Source: an uncultured Rubrivirga sp. (GTDB taxonomy: Bacteria > Actinomycetota > Actinomycetes > S36-B12). From it: 64,000 nucleotides of DNA. The notes beneath the pieces are model-generated. The model saw only the letters and a list, made by a program, of their open reading frames with translations, was not told where the DNA came from and ran no database searches. This document shows, piece after piece, positions 18,091-27,343 of this stretch; position 1 is the first letter of the stretch; each line of letters opens with the position of its first letter. The stretch is taken from assembly GCA_964385255.1 (NCBI GenBank), contig CAYLOH010000006.1, positions 9,368 to 73,367 of the forward strand, written 5' to 3'. The position numbers and the translations under genes are program-made.

Positions 18091-18864
18091 GTGCGCACCT
18101 TGGTTTTCTGTCACGCCCACCCCGACGACGAGGCATTGCTCACCGCCGGCACGATGGCCAAGGCGGTGGCGGCCGGCCACCGAGTCGTCTTGGTTATGGC
18201 GACGGACGGAGCCGCAGGCCTTACCCGATCGGAGATAGCCGACGTTGCCACCACGCGGTCCCGCGAACTGGCGGACTCGGCAAACATTCTGGGCGTGCAC
18301 CGTGTGGTGAACCTCGGCTACGCCGATTCCGGTCTGCACAAGGACTCCCCCGATGGCTTCGCCACCGTGGACGTGAACGTGATCGCCGCGCAGATCTCAG
18401 AGATCGTCGTGGACGAAGGCGCCGACACGGTGGTCGGCTACGACTCCAGCGGCGGTTATGGACACCCGGACCATGTGCATGTGCACCACGTCGCCAGAGC
18501 CGCCGCACTTTCGACAGGTGCGCGACTTTTCGAGGCGACGCTGCCACGGGAACCGATCGCTCGCGCCGTGCACGCAGCAGCCCGGCTCCGGCTGACGCCG
18601 CGTGAGTTCGACCCGCGTGAGTTCGACCAGGCGTGGACCCCACGTGCCAAGATCACCCACCGGGTCAATGTGCGGGACCACCTGCGCGCTAAGCGAGCGG
18701 CGCAGGCCGCACACGCTTCCCAAGCCGGCGCCGATGATGGGGTTCGCACGCTTCAGGTTCTCGGGAAGCTCCCCGGTCCCCTCGCGCGCGTGTTGCTGGG
18801 CACGGAGTTCTACGTCGAGGTGAGCAAGCCCACCACCGAAGCGACCACGTGGGTGTCGTCGTAA
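18091..18864 (+). CDS. PIG-L/LmbE family N-acetylglucosaminyl deacetylase (MshB-like fold)
   Basis: GTG 18091. The zinc-site motifs AHPDDE and HPDH(VHVHH) are present. It is divergent from the GT4 gene with a spacer of at most 36 bp. Confidence 0.8.
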   Translation: MRTLVFCHAHPDDEALLTAGTMAKAVAAGHRVVLVMATDGAAGLTRSEIADVATTRSRELADSANILGVHRVVNLGYADSGLHKDSPDGFATVDVNVIAAQISEIVVDEGADTVVGYDSSGGYGHPDHVHVHHVARAAALSTGARLFEATLPREPIARAVHAAARLRLTPREFDPREFDQAWTPRAKITHRVNVRDHLRAKRAAQAAHASQAGADDGVRTLQVLGKLPGPLARVLLGTEFYVEVSKPTTEATTWVSS

Positions 18865-19718
18865 TCGAACCATTCGATTCGTTCATCCTTGGCGAACCAA
18901 CGCTGCTGACGGCGCGCGAACCTCCGAGTGTCGTCGATAGTTCTCCGGCGCGCCTGCGCCTCGTCAATCTCTCCGGCCAGGAAGTCCAGAATCGGTCCGT
19001 ACCCCAAGGCGGCCCGGGCGGTCGGCGCGTGGGCCAACCCCCTCCCGTGGAGTTCACGCACCTCGTCGACGAACCCGGCCGCCCACATGGCATCGACCCG
19101 CTGCTCGATGCGAGCATCCAACGCCTCGCGATCGATCCGCAGACCCACGCGCAACGTCCGGTAGTGATCCACCGGTGCCGGAAGCCGGGCGGCGAATGGC
19201 TCCCCCGTGAGGTCGATGACTTCCAGGGCTCGCACGATGCGTCGACCGTTGTTGACCTCGATGGCGGCGGCGGCCGCCGGGTCGCGATCGGCCAACAGCG
19301 CATGCAAAGCCGGGGCTCCCTGCAGCTCCAGTTCCCTTTCCCACTGCGCTCGGATCTGCGGATCGGTTCCGGGGAAGTCCAATTCCTCCAAGACTGCGCG
19401 CACGTAGAGCCCGCTTCCGCCCACCACGACGGGTGCATCGCCCGCAGCCACGACGGCGTCGATGGCCTCACGAGCCTTGTCGCGGAACTCCACTACCGTC
19501 ACGGCTTGATCGATATCCCAGACGTCGATCATGTGGTGGGTAACCCCGCGCTGTTCCACCGCGGTCGGTGTTGCCGTTCCGATATCCATGCCGCGATAGG
19601 CCTGCATCGAGTCGGTGCCCACGACCTGCCCGCCCACCGCACGGGCGACCTCCACGGCCAGGGCACTCTTGCCCGAGGCCGTCGGCCCCACGATGGCAAG
19701 CACGCTCGGATCCGTCAC
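18810..19718 (-). CDS. miaA: tRNA dimethylallyltransferase
   Basis: P-loop [21 protein letters not shown], and an ATGA overlap with miaB. Confidence 0.92.
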   Translation of the reverse strand: MTDPSVLAIVGPTASGKSALAVEVARAVGGQVVGTDSMQAYRGMDIGTATPTAVEQRGVTHHMIDVWDIDQAVTVVEFRDKAREAIDAVVAAGDAPVVVGGSGLYVRAVLEELDFPGTDPQIRAQWERELELQGAPALHALLADRDPAAAAAIEVNNGRRIVRALEVIDLTGEPFAARLPAPVDHYRTLRVGLRIDREALDARIEQRVDAMWAAGFVDEVRELHGRGLAHAPTARAALGYGPILDFLAGEIDEAQARRRTIDDTRRFARRQQRWFAKDERIEWFDYDDTHVVASVVGLLTST

Positions 19719-21136
19719 GCGGTGGGCACCCCGATGCTCGGCATTCCCAAGGGCACCCCGGCAGGACGATCCCGAGGGACTCGGTACCTGATGTCGATGA
19801 CGTCATCGGCCACCAGATGGTGCGGAGCCGCGTAGGTGACCCGCGCCGTCACCAGGTCGCCGGGCATGGGAGTCGGCGCCTGTCCAACGTCCACGTGCAC
19901 TAGTCGGTTGTCCCGGGCGCGACCACTGATGCGCGAGGTGGCCCCGTCCTTGCGACCCTCCCCCGACGCCACGAGCACCTCGACCTCGGAGCCCAGCAAT
20001 GCACGGTTCTCCTCCCAGGCGATGTCATTCACCAGGGCCACCAAGCGTTCGTATCGCTCTTGGACGACATCCGCATCCACCTGACCGGGTAGCTCCGCCG
20101 CCGGTGTGCCCGGACGTTTCGAGTACTGGAAGGTGAAGGCGCTGGCGAAGCGGGCGGCACGAACCACCGCGAGGGTGTCCTGAAAATCCTCGTCGGTCTC
20201 CCCGGGGAAACCGACGATGATGTCCGTGGTGATCGCGGCGTCGGGCATCGACGCGCGCACGCGCTCGATGATTCCCAGGTATCGATCACTGCGGTACGAC
20301 CGTCGCATCGCCTGCAGGATTCGATCCGAGCCCGACTGCAAGGGCATGTGCAGTTGCGGCATGACATTCGCAGTGGAGGCCATGGCGTCGATGACGTCAT
20401 CGGTGAAATCGCGCGGGTGGGGACTGGTGAAGCGAACGCGCTCCAACCCCTCGATCGATCCGCATGAGCGAAGGAGATCCGCGAAGGCCTGCTTGTCCCC
20501 GAACTCAACGCCATAGGCATTCACATTCTGGCCGAGGAGGGTCACTTCGACCACGCCATCAGCCACCAGTGCCTGAATCTCGGCGAGGACGTCACCCGGC
20601 CTACGGTCCTTCTCCTTGCCTCGTAACGCCGGGACGATGCAGAACGTGCAGGTGTTGTTACACCCCACACTTATCGAAACCCACGCCGAGTGACTGGCGT
20701 CGCGCCGCGAGGGCAGAACCGAGGGAAACTGCTCGAGGGCCTCCTTGATCTCCACCTGGGCTTCGCGTTCGATGCGTGCGCGTTCGAGTAACACAGGCAA
20801 GCTGCCGATGTTGTGGGTACCGAACACAACATCCACCCACGGCGCCTTATCGACGATGGTGCCGCGATCCTTCTGCGCCAGGCAGCCCCCGACCGCGATC
20901 TGCATGTCCGGGTATTCGCGCTTGATGGGCGCCAGGTGCGACAGGTTTCCGTAGAGACGATTGTCGGCGTTCTCGCGTACCGCGCAGGTGTTGAAGACGA
21001 CCACGTCGGCCTGCTCACCCTCGGCCACCGGCACCAGGCCGGAAGCTTCGAGTAACCCGGACAGGCGCTCAGAGTCATGCACGTTCATCTGGCACCCGTA
21101 GGTGCGGACCTGATACGTGCGCTGCGCCTTACTCAC
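19715..21136 (-). CDS. miaB: tRNA-2-methylthio-N6-dimethylallyladenosine synthase
   Basis: YGCQMN...NTCAVRE N-terminal cluster, radical-SAM CNNTCTFC, and a TRAM C-terminus. Confidence 0.92.
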   Translation of the reverse strand: MSKAQRTYQVRTYGCQMNVHDSERLSGLLEASGLVPVAEGEQADVVVFNTCAVRENADNRLYGNLSHLAPIKREYPDMQIAVGGCLAQKDRGTIVDKAPWVDVVFGTHNIGSLPVLLERARIEREAQVEIKEALEQFPSVLPSRRDASHSAWVSISVGCNNTCTFCIVPALRGKEKDRRPGDVLAEIQALVADGVVEVTLLGQNVNAYGVEFGDKQAFADLLRSCGSIEGLERVRFTSPHPRDFTDDVIDAMASTANVMPQLHMPLQSGSDRILQAMRRSYRSDRYLGIIERVRASMPDAAITTDIIVGFPGETDEDFQDTLAVVRAARFASAFTFQYSKRPGTPAAELPGQVDADVVQERYERLVALVNDIAWEENRALLGSEVEVLVASGEGRKDGATSRISGRARDNRLVHVDVGQAPTPMPGDLVTARVTYAAPHHLVADDVIDIRYRVPRDRPAGVPLGMPSIGVPTA

Positions 21137-21166
21137 CGGCTCATGCTAGGCAGTGGACACAACCCG

Positions 21167-23521
21167 CTAGACGCCGACGGGCTCCTTCTTGGCGTCCGGA
21201 TCGACGTCATCGGCCACCTCATCCTCACCCGGTTCGATCTTGACCGTGGGCAGGATTCGATCCAGCCAGCCTGGCAGCCACCAGTTGGCCTTGCCGAAGA
21301 TGCTCATCAAGCTCGGCACCAAGACCAGTCGAACCACGAAGGCATCGATCAGCACCGCCGAGGCCAAAGCCACGCCGAAGAGCTTGATGATCGAATCCGG
21401 GCTCGGGACGAAGGCAAGGAACACGCTTGACATGATCAAAGCGGCGATGATCACGACTCGACCGGATCCACCCAAGCCGCGACGGATGCTGGCCTTGTTG
21501 TCCTTGGTTCGCATCCACTCTTCTTGCATTCGCGATACCAAGAACACCTGGTAGTCCATCGATAGTCCGAACAAAATCGCAAAGACCATGATCGGAACGA
21601 ACGGGAAGATCGGTCCGGTTCCCGCGACCCCGAGCACATCGGCGAACCATCCCCATTGGAAAATCGCAACGGTGATTCCCATTGCTGCCGCCAAACTCAA
21701 CAGCGACGTGAGCGCCCCAGTCAAGGGCACGAGAATCGAGTGGAACAAGATCACCAGTGCGATGAATCCAAGCCCCACCACGACGGCCAAGAAGATCGGA
21801 AGTGCATCGCTCAGCACGGACGTGAAGTCCTGGGTGATTGCCTGCACGCCACCTACGTACAACTGAGCGCCGGTGGCTTCCTCCAATGCCGGATTCACCT
21901 GATCGCGCAGCGTGGTGAGCAACTGTGCGGTGGCTTCATCTTGCGGAGCGCTCGCCGGGAAGACCGCAATTGCTTGGACGCTGGATGGGGCTTCACCTGC
22001 ACCGGCCTGGGCTTGCGCAGCGGCCAGCTTTCCAATGATCGGCAAGGTCTCCAATGACGGCGACGTCCCCGCTACACCAGGAGCCTGCGCGAGTCCGGCC
22101 ACGATGGTGCCGAAGGCCTGCGGATCGGTGACGCCTTCGAGATCGGCCACCACAAGGAACGGACCGTTCGAGCCAGGGCCAAAGCCATCGGCGCGAAGGT
22201 CGTAGGCGATGCGTGCGTTCGAACCTTCGGGCTTGCCCGAATCGTCGGCGAAGCCTTGACGCAAGCTGAGCGCAGGAATGGCGAGAATGATCACGAAAGC
22301 CAAGGCCAGTGCACTGGTGAGCCACGGCGCCTTTTGCAGGCTGCGGCCGTAACGCGCCCAGCCACGGCCCTCGGGCTCACCGCTTCCGGGCTTCTTGCCC
22401 CACGGAAGCCGCCAGCCCAGGGCCTTGGTGCCCATCAGGCTCAGTAGCGCGGGCAAGAACCACACCGCCGAGAGCATCACCATGATCACGGTGACAGCCG
22501 CACCGATGGACAGCCCGGTGAAGAAGTTGATCCGCAGGACCAGCAGGCCGAGTAGGCCGATGACCACTGCTGACCCGGCGAACACCACGGCCCGCCCGGC
22601 GGTCTCCACCGCCTCGAACGCAGCCTTCTTGGGTTCGTGTCCGATGAGCAGTGCCTGGCGATAGCGGTTGATGACGAACAGGGCGTAGTCGATACCCACG
22701 CCCAGACCGATCATGGCCGCCAACGTGGGGGCGAACGTGGCCACGTCCAGGAAGTTCGCACCGAACGTCACGAAGGCGAGTCCGCCAACCAAGCCGAGCA
22801 GCGCGGTGATGATCGGAAGGCCCGCTGCGATGATCGAACCGAACGCGATCAGCAGGATGATGATCGCGACGGTGACACCGACGATTTCACCCGTGGCGGG
22901 CGGGGCTGCCTGTTCCAACACCTGGCCTTGCACACCGATACGCAGTGCGTCACTTTGAGCTGACTCGACGGCGTCGATGATGGAGGTAACGTCCGCTGGG
23001 CTGACCGACGGCGTCCCACCCTCCTGGGCTGGGAAGGACACGGTGGCGAAGGCGACCGAGCCGTCTGGGCTCACCGGGGCGAACGAACCCGCCAGAGTCT
23101 GCAACTCCTCGGGGGTGAGAACTTGGGCGGCGAGTGTTGGATCGATGGCCGAGCCAGACTCACACTCCCGACCTAGACCGACGCCGCGTGGATCGAAGGG
23201 GTTCGTGACACAGGTGACTGAGTCCAAGGCTGCAATGCTCTCCAGCACCGGCACCACTTCTTCTGCGGTGGCTGGATCGATGGCACTGCCCGACGCTGGT
23301 GACCACACAACCGTGGCTGCGCCTTCCACTCCGCTGGTGTCGGTGCCACTTGCGATCAGCAGATCGGTGGCAACTTTCGACTCGGTGTCGGGCAAATCGA
23401 AGGAGTCGTTGTACTGGCCGCCCAGACCGAAGCCCAGGCCGACGAGGGCCAGCAGGGCGACGAACCAGGCGATCAAGGCGGCTACCGGACGGCGGACCGC
23501 CCAAGCGGACAAACCAGGCAT
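21167..23521 (-). CDS. MMPL family (RND superfamily) transporter
   Basis: 784 aa with two 6-TM bundles, each preceded by a large extracytoplasmic loop. The N-terminus is MPGLSAWAVRRPVAALIAWFVALLAL. Confidence 0.9.
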   Translation of the reverse strand: MPGLSAWAVRRPVAALIAWFVALLALVGLGFGLGGQYNDSFDLPDTESKVATDLLIASGTDTSGVEGAATVVWSPASGSAIDPATAEEVVPVLESIAALDSVTCVTNPFDPRGVGLGRECESGSAIDPTLAAQVLTPEELQTLAGSFAPVSPDGSVAFATVSFPAQEGGTPSVSPADVTSIIDAVESAQSDALRIGVQGQVLEQAAPPATGEIVGVTVAIIILLIAFGSIIAAGLPIITALLGLVGGLAFVTFGANFLDVATFAPTLAAMIGLGVGIDYALFVINRYRQALLIGHEPKKAAFEAVETAGRAVVFAGSAVVIGLLGLLVLRINFFTGLSIGAAVTVIMVMLSAVWFLPALLSLMGTKALGWRLPWGKKPGSGEPEGRGWARYGRSLQKAPWLTSALALAFVIILAIPALSLRQGFADDSGKPEGSNARIAYDLRADGFGPGSNGPFLVVADLEGVTDPQAFGTIVAGLAQAPGVAGTSPSLETLPIIGKLAAAQAQAGAGEAPSSVQAIAVFPASAPQDEATAQLLTTLRDQVNPALEEATGAQLYVGGVQAITQDFTSVLSDALPIFLAVVVGLGFIALVILFHSILVPLTGALTSLLSLAAAMGITVAIFQWGWFADVLGVAGTGPIFPFVPIMVFAILFGLSMDYQVFLVSRMQEEWMRTKDNKASIRRGLGGSGRVVIIAALIMSSVFLAFVPSPDSIIKLFGVALASAVLIDAFVVRLVLVPSLMSIFGKANWWLPGWLDRILPTVKIEPGEDEVADDVDPDAKKEPVGV

Positions 23522-23604
23522 GGGACTCCCTCGTAAATGCTCGGCGTGAGCGCGAGCAGGCTAACAAGGAACAATAACGTTCACAAATCGAGAATCCGGG
23601 GAAC

Positions 23605-23616
23605 GTGACCGTTCAC
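23605..23616. promoter_or_regulatory. Candidate TetR operator in the MMPL/TetR divergent spacer
   Basis: GTGACCGTTCAC is palindromic at 10 of 12 positions. CGTTCAC recurs at 23578-23584. Confidence 0.3.
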
Positions 23617-23635
23617 TGTGGGTTAGCCTTCGACC

Positions 23636-24241
23636 ATGACCACGGCGACGTCAGGGCACGCCACCACTCGGCGCACCGGTGACGAACTGGTGATGGCCGT
23701 GCACCAGGCGGCGCTGGCGGAGATCGCCGAACACGGCCTGCGCGGGGCCTCCATGGACGGCATCGCCAAGCGGGCGGGGACCGGGAAGGCCGCCCTGTAC
23801 CGGCGATGGCCCAACGTCCGAGAACTCGGACTCGACGTCTTCTTGACCACGATGGCCGACGCCGTCCCCTCGTCGTACCCGAACACCGGATCCTTGCGCG
23901 GCGATCTTCTGGGGTCTTTGCGGGCGTTCACACACCTGCTCACAGGTCCCATGCAGATCGTGCTTCGGGAGTTGATCAGTGAATCTGCTCACGACCCCGG
24001 CTTGGTAAGGGAATTCCACGCGCGCATGGGCGACCCGATGCAGTCCGAACTGCTCGCCGTCCTGCAGCGGGCCATGATGCGCGGGGAGATTCCCGTGCAG
24101 ACGATCGACCCACTGATCTTCGAGCTTCCCGATGCGCTCGTGCTACACCGACTCCTGCTCGGCGGCGAGATCATCGACGATGAGACCTGCATAAATCTCG
24201 TCGACAACGTCCTGCTCCCCCTGCTCGGCTACCGCGGCTGA
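23636..24241 (+). CDS. TetR family transcriptional regulator
   Basis: The N-terminal HTH is ASMDGIAKRAGTGKAALYRRWPN. It is divergent from the MMPL gene. Confidence 0.9.
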   Translation: MTTATSGHATTRRTGDELVMAVHQAALAEIAEHGLRGASMDGIAKRAGTGKAALYRRWPNVRELGLDVFLTTMADAVPSSYPNTGSLRGDLLGSLRAFTHLLTGPMQIVLRELISESAHDPGLVREFHARMGDPMQSELLAVLQRAMMRGEIPVQTIDPLIFELPDALVLHRLLLGGEIIDDETCINLVDNVLLPLLGYRG

Positions 24242-24748
24242 GACTTCGCGCGCGACGGTGAAGCACACGTTCGCCGCGTAGCCCTTGCGGGCTAGTTGGC
24301 CAGCCAACCGGTTCATCGCCTTGAGACGGTCCTCGCCGTGCCGCACCCGGAACTTGGCTGCCGCGAAGTCTCGTGCACGTTGCCACTCTGCGTCGTCGTC
24401 GATCTGCGACACCGCCGCATCGATCGACTCCCGATCCAGCCCCCGGTCGGACAGTTCTCGCTTCAGGGTCGAGCGAGCGAGCGCCTTGCTGCGGTGCCGG
24501 GATTCGACCCACATGCGGGCGAAGGCGTCATCGTCGATCAACCCGACTTCCTCGAAACGATCCAGGACGCTCGCCGCCACATCCGGGTCCGCCCCGCGGC
24601 GAGCGAGATCCTTCTCGAGTTCACCGCGGGTCCGGGGTGCACTGGACAAGCGGCGCAAAATGATCGTCCGCACGACCTGCTCGGGGTCGGCGTCCACGCC
24701 TTGGCGATCGTGCGATGGCTCGCTCGTCGACCGTCGACTTCGCGCCAC
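24143..24748 (-). CDS. recX: Recombination regulator RecX
   Basis: GTG 24748 lies 4 nt after the recA stop. RecX repeat motifs are present (RTRGELEKDLARRG, GLIDDDAFARMWV). Confidence 0.9.
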   Translation of the reverse strand: MARSRRSTSEPSHDRQGVDADPEQVVRTIILRRLSSAPRTRGELEKDLARRGADPDVAASVLDRFEEVGLIDDDAFARMWVESRHRSKALARSTLKRELSDRGLDRESIDAAVSQIDDDAEWQRARDFAAAKFRVRHGEDRLKAMNRLAGQLARKGYAANVCFTVAREVSAAVAEQGEQDVVDEIYAGLIVDDLAAEQESV

Positions 24749-24752
24749 GGAT

Positions 24753-25865
24753 CTACTCCGGCGGCGCGACGTCCGAGAAGTCCTCCGTCACCGCAAGGTC
24801 GATCGGTGCATCGATGTCCGCGGGCGCGTCGGCGCGAGCGCCTATGCCCATCGTCTCCTTGATGCGCTTTTCGATTTCATCGGACAGATCCGGGTTGTCC
24901 TTCAAGAAGATGCGAGCGTTCTCCTTGCCCTGACCGAGTTGATCGCCCTCGTAGGTGTACCAAGCTCCGGACTTCTTGACCAGGCCGGTATCGACACCGA
25001 GGTCGATAAGCGAACCCTCGCGCGAGATGCCTTCGCCGTACAGGATGTCGAACTCGGCCTGCTTGAACGGCGGCGCGACCTTGTTCTTGACGACCTTGAC
25101 GCGCGTGCGGTTGCCCACCGCTTCGGTGCCGCCCTTCAGCGTTTCGATGCGACGGACGTCCAGACGTACCGAGGCGTAGAACTTCAGCGCCTTACCGCCG
25201 GTGGTGGTCTCGGGAGAGCCGAACATCACGCCGATCTTCTCCCTGAGCTGGTTGATAAAGATCGCGGACGTGTGCGTGCTGCTGAGTGCACCGGCCATCT
25301 TGCGCAGTGCCTGGCTCATCAGACGTGCCTGCAAGCCCACGTGCGAATCGCCCATCTCGCCTTCGATCTCCGCGCGCGGCACCAAAGCGGCGACCGAGTC
25401 GATGACGATCAGGTCGATGGCACCCGAACGAACAAGCGTGTCGGCGATCTCTAGCGCCTGCTCGCCGGTATCGGGCTGAGAGACGTACAGGTTGTCCAGG
25501 TCAACGCCCAGTGCCTGGGCATAGTCCGGGTCGAGGGCGTGCTCGGCATCGATGAAGGCAGCCAACCCACCGGCGGCTTGGACGCTCGCGATGGCGTGGA
25601 GCGCGACCGTCGTCTTGCCCGAGGACTCCGGGCCGTAGATCTCGATGATGCGCCCGCGCGGCAAACCGCCGATACCCAAGGCGACGTCCAAGGTGATGGA
25701 ACCTGTGGGGATCACCTCGATGGGTGCGCGACCTTCCTCGCCCAAGCGCATGACCGAGCCCTTACCGAACTGCCGCTCGATCTGGGCCAGCGCGGACTCC
25801 AGCGCCTTCTCCCGATCATCGGACACCGTGGGCTTCTCGGACGACTTGCCGGTCTTGGCGGCCAT
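24753..25865 (-). CDS. recA: Recombinase RecA (no intein)
   Basis: 370 aa with [18 protein letters not shown] and IVIDSVAAL. Confidence 0.98.
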   Translation of the reverse strand: MAAKTGKSSEKPTVSDDREKALESALAQIERQFGKGSVMRLGEEGRAPIEVIPTGSITLDVALGIGGLPRGRIIEIYGPESSGKTTVALHAIASVQAAGGLAAFIDAEHALDPDYAQALGVDLDNLYVSQPDTGEQALEIADTLVRSGAIDLIVIDSVAALVPRAEIEGEMGDSHVGLQARLMSQALRKMAGALSSTHTSAIFINQLREKIGVMFGSPETTTGGKALKFYASVRLDVRRIETLKGGTEAVGNRTRVKVVKNKVAPPFKQAEFDILYGEGISREGSLIDLGVDTGLVKKSGAWYTYEGDQLGQGKENARIFLKDNPDLSDEIEKRIKETMGIGARADAPADIDAPIDLAVTEDFSDVAPPE

Positions 25866-25922
25866 GGTTCTCTCCTCGCGGTCGAGATGTTCTCGGACAT
25901 CTGCGGATTCGTCGTTTCAGGG

Positions 25923-25944
25923 AAACTACGTCCACCCTGTGACA
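25923..25944 (-). promoter_or_regulatory. RecA-NDp (PafBC-type) DNA-damage promoter motif proximal to recA
   Basis: The minus strand reads TGTCACAG-GGTGGACG-TAGTTT, which fits tTGTCRgtg-N8-TAnnnT. The -10 element lies about 58 nt upstream of the recA ATG. Confidence 0.55.
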
Positions 25945-26056
25945 TCCACCCGCTGCCCGCCATCCCCCGGCCCGCGCCTGGGGATGGAGTTCTCGCCCGC
26001 ACCCGGCTCCTGTGGAGGGGCCGGACAACGGTCGAGGGCTTCCGTCGAGGCCGAAA

Positions 26057-27343
26057 TTACATCGAACGGGTGTTCGAACGGCTCCGACACGCCGGTAGGG
26101 CCGTCGCCAGGGCCAGGGCGATGACCGGGACCGCGGCCACCATGTTCAAGACCGCGTAGGAGGACAGCCACACCACGAGTCCCGCCACCACGCCCCCGAG
26201 GGCGCCGGCGACGTTCATCGTCAGGTCCGACAGGCCCTGAACCGCGGGGCGCTCGCGCGGTTCGACCTCGTCGGTCACCAATGTGGACCCCGCGATCAGC
26301 GTGCACGACCATCCCAGGCCCAGCAGGAACAGTCCGATGCCCAAGGTCAGGACGTCGTCGGCGGCCGAAAGGCCGCTGATCACCATGGAGACCAACAAGA
26401 TGACCACGCCCGCGAGGATCACCTGGATGCGGCCGAATCGGTCGACCGCCATGCCCACCACAGGCGAGAACGCGTACATGCCCGCCACGTGCACGCTGAT
26501 CACCAGACCGATCAACTGCAAGCGCACGTCCACGTGCGCCATATGCACCGGGGTCATCACCATCACCATCACCATCGCCACATGACCGATGGCGATCGCC
26601 GCGATGCCCAAGATCGCACGTGGTCTGCTCTTCAGGTGTTCGATGCCATCGCGCAATCGCGGGTGAGAGATGCCCGGGCCATCCGCGCCGCGCAATTTCA
26701 ACGACTCGCGATAGGGATCCGGTCGCAAGAAGAGCACGAGGACGACGACGGCACCCAGTGTCACGACGGTGGCCACGAGGTACGGTCCGGTGAGTTGCGG
26801 CAGTCCCCACGACAGCGCCCACGATCCACTGACGTCGAGCAGGTTGGGTCCGGCAACCGCTCCGATGGTCGCTCCCCACACCACCAGGGACAGACTGCGC
26901 GCGCGGTGGCGCGGTGTGGCGAGGTCGGTTGCCGCGTACCGAGCCTGCAGGCCGGCGGCGGAAGCCACACCCACCAACAGGCACCCGGCGTACACGCCGA
27001 AGAGCGAGCGTTGCGTCGTCGCCACCACCACGACGAGTGCGCCGACGCCGCCGAGGAAGTACCCCAGGGACAACGCGGCACGACGACCCTTGGTCAGGGC
27101 TAGGCGAGCCAGGGGCAACGCGAGCAGCGCGGCACCGAGCACACCGAACGTCTGCGCCAACCCCGCCGCGGCCTCGCTGCCACTGAGCGATGCAGCGATC
27201 AGCGCACCCGCGGGCAGCGAACCTGCGACGGCCACTCCCCCGAGCACTTGACTGGCGGTGAGCGTGGCGACGCTGCGCCTTTGGATCGCATGCACCGCGA
27301 CGGTGTCGAGCGGATCCACCGACGTGTCGAGCGACGCGCTCAT
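26057..27343 (-). CDS. MFS transporter (12 TMS)
   Basis: 428 aa with 12 hydrophobic segments. The start overlaps the sulfotransferase stop (ATGA). Confidence 0.85.
   Translation of the reverse strand: MSASLDTSVDPLDTVAVHAIQRRSVATLTASQVLGGVAVAGSLPAGALIAASLSGSEAAAGLAQTFGVLGAALLALPLARLALTKGRRAALSLGYFLGGVGALVVVVATTQRSLFGVYAGCLLVGVASAAGLQARYAATDLATPRHRARSLSLVVWGATIGAVAGPNLLDVSGSWALSWGLPQLTGPYLVATVVTLGAVVVLVLFLRPDPYRESLKLRGADGPGISHPRLRDGIEHLKSRPRAILGIAAIAIGHVAMVMVMVMTPVHMAHVDVRLQLIGLVISVHVAGMYAFSPVVGMAVDRFGRIQVILAGVVILLVSMVISGLSAADDVLTLGIGLFLLGLGWSCTLIAGSTLVTDEVEPRERPAVQGLSDLTMNVAGALGGVVAGLVVWLSSYAVLNMVAAVPVIALALATALPACRSRSNTRSM
26062..26077. promoter_or_regulatory. LexA (SOS) box of the distal recA promoter
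   Basis: TCGAACGGGTGTTCGA is identical to the first lexA/chiZ box. It lies about 200 nt upstream of recA and overlaps the last codons of the upstream MFS gene. Confidence 0.8.

Noticed and set aside
16927-18339. A 470-aa version of the glycosyltransferase ORF.
   Set aside because: The first ~95 codons overlap the divergent PIG-L gene and lack GT4 features. The GT4 N-terminal Rossmann strand begins at VRIAHITD (GTG 18054).
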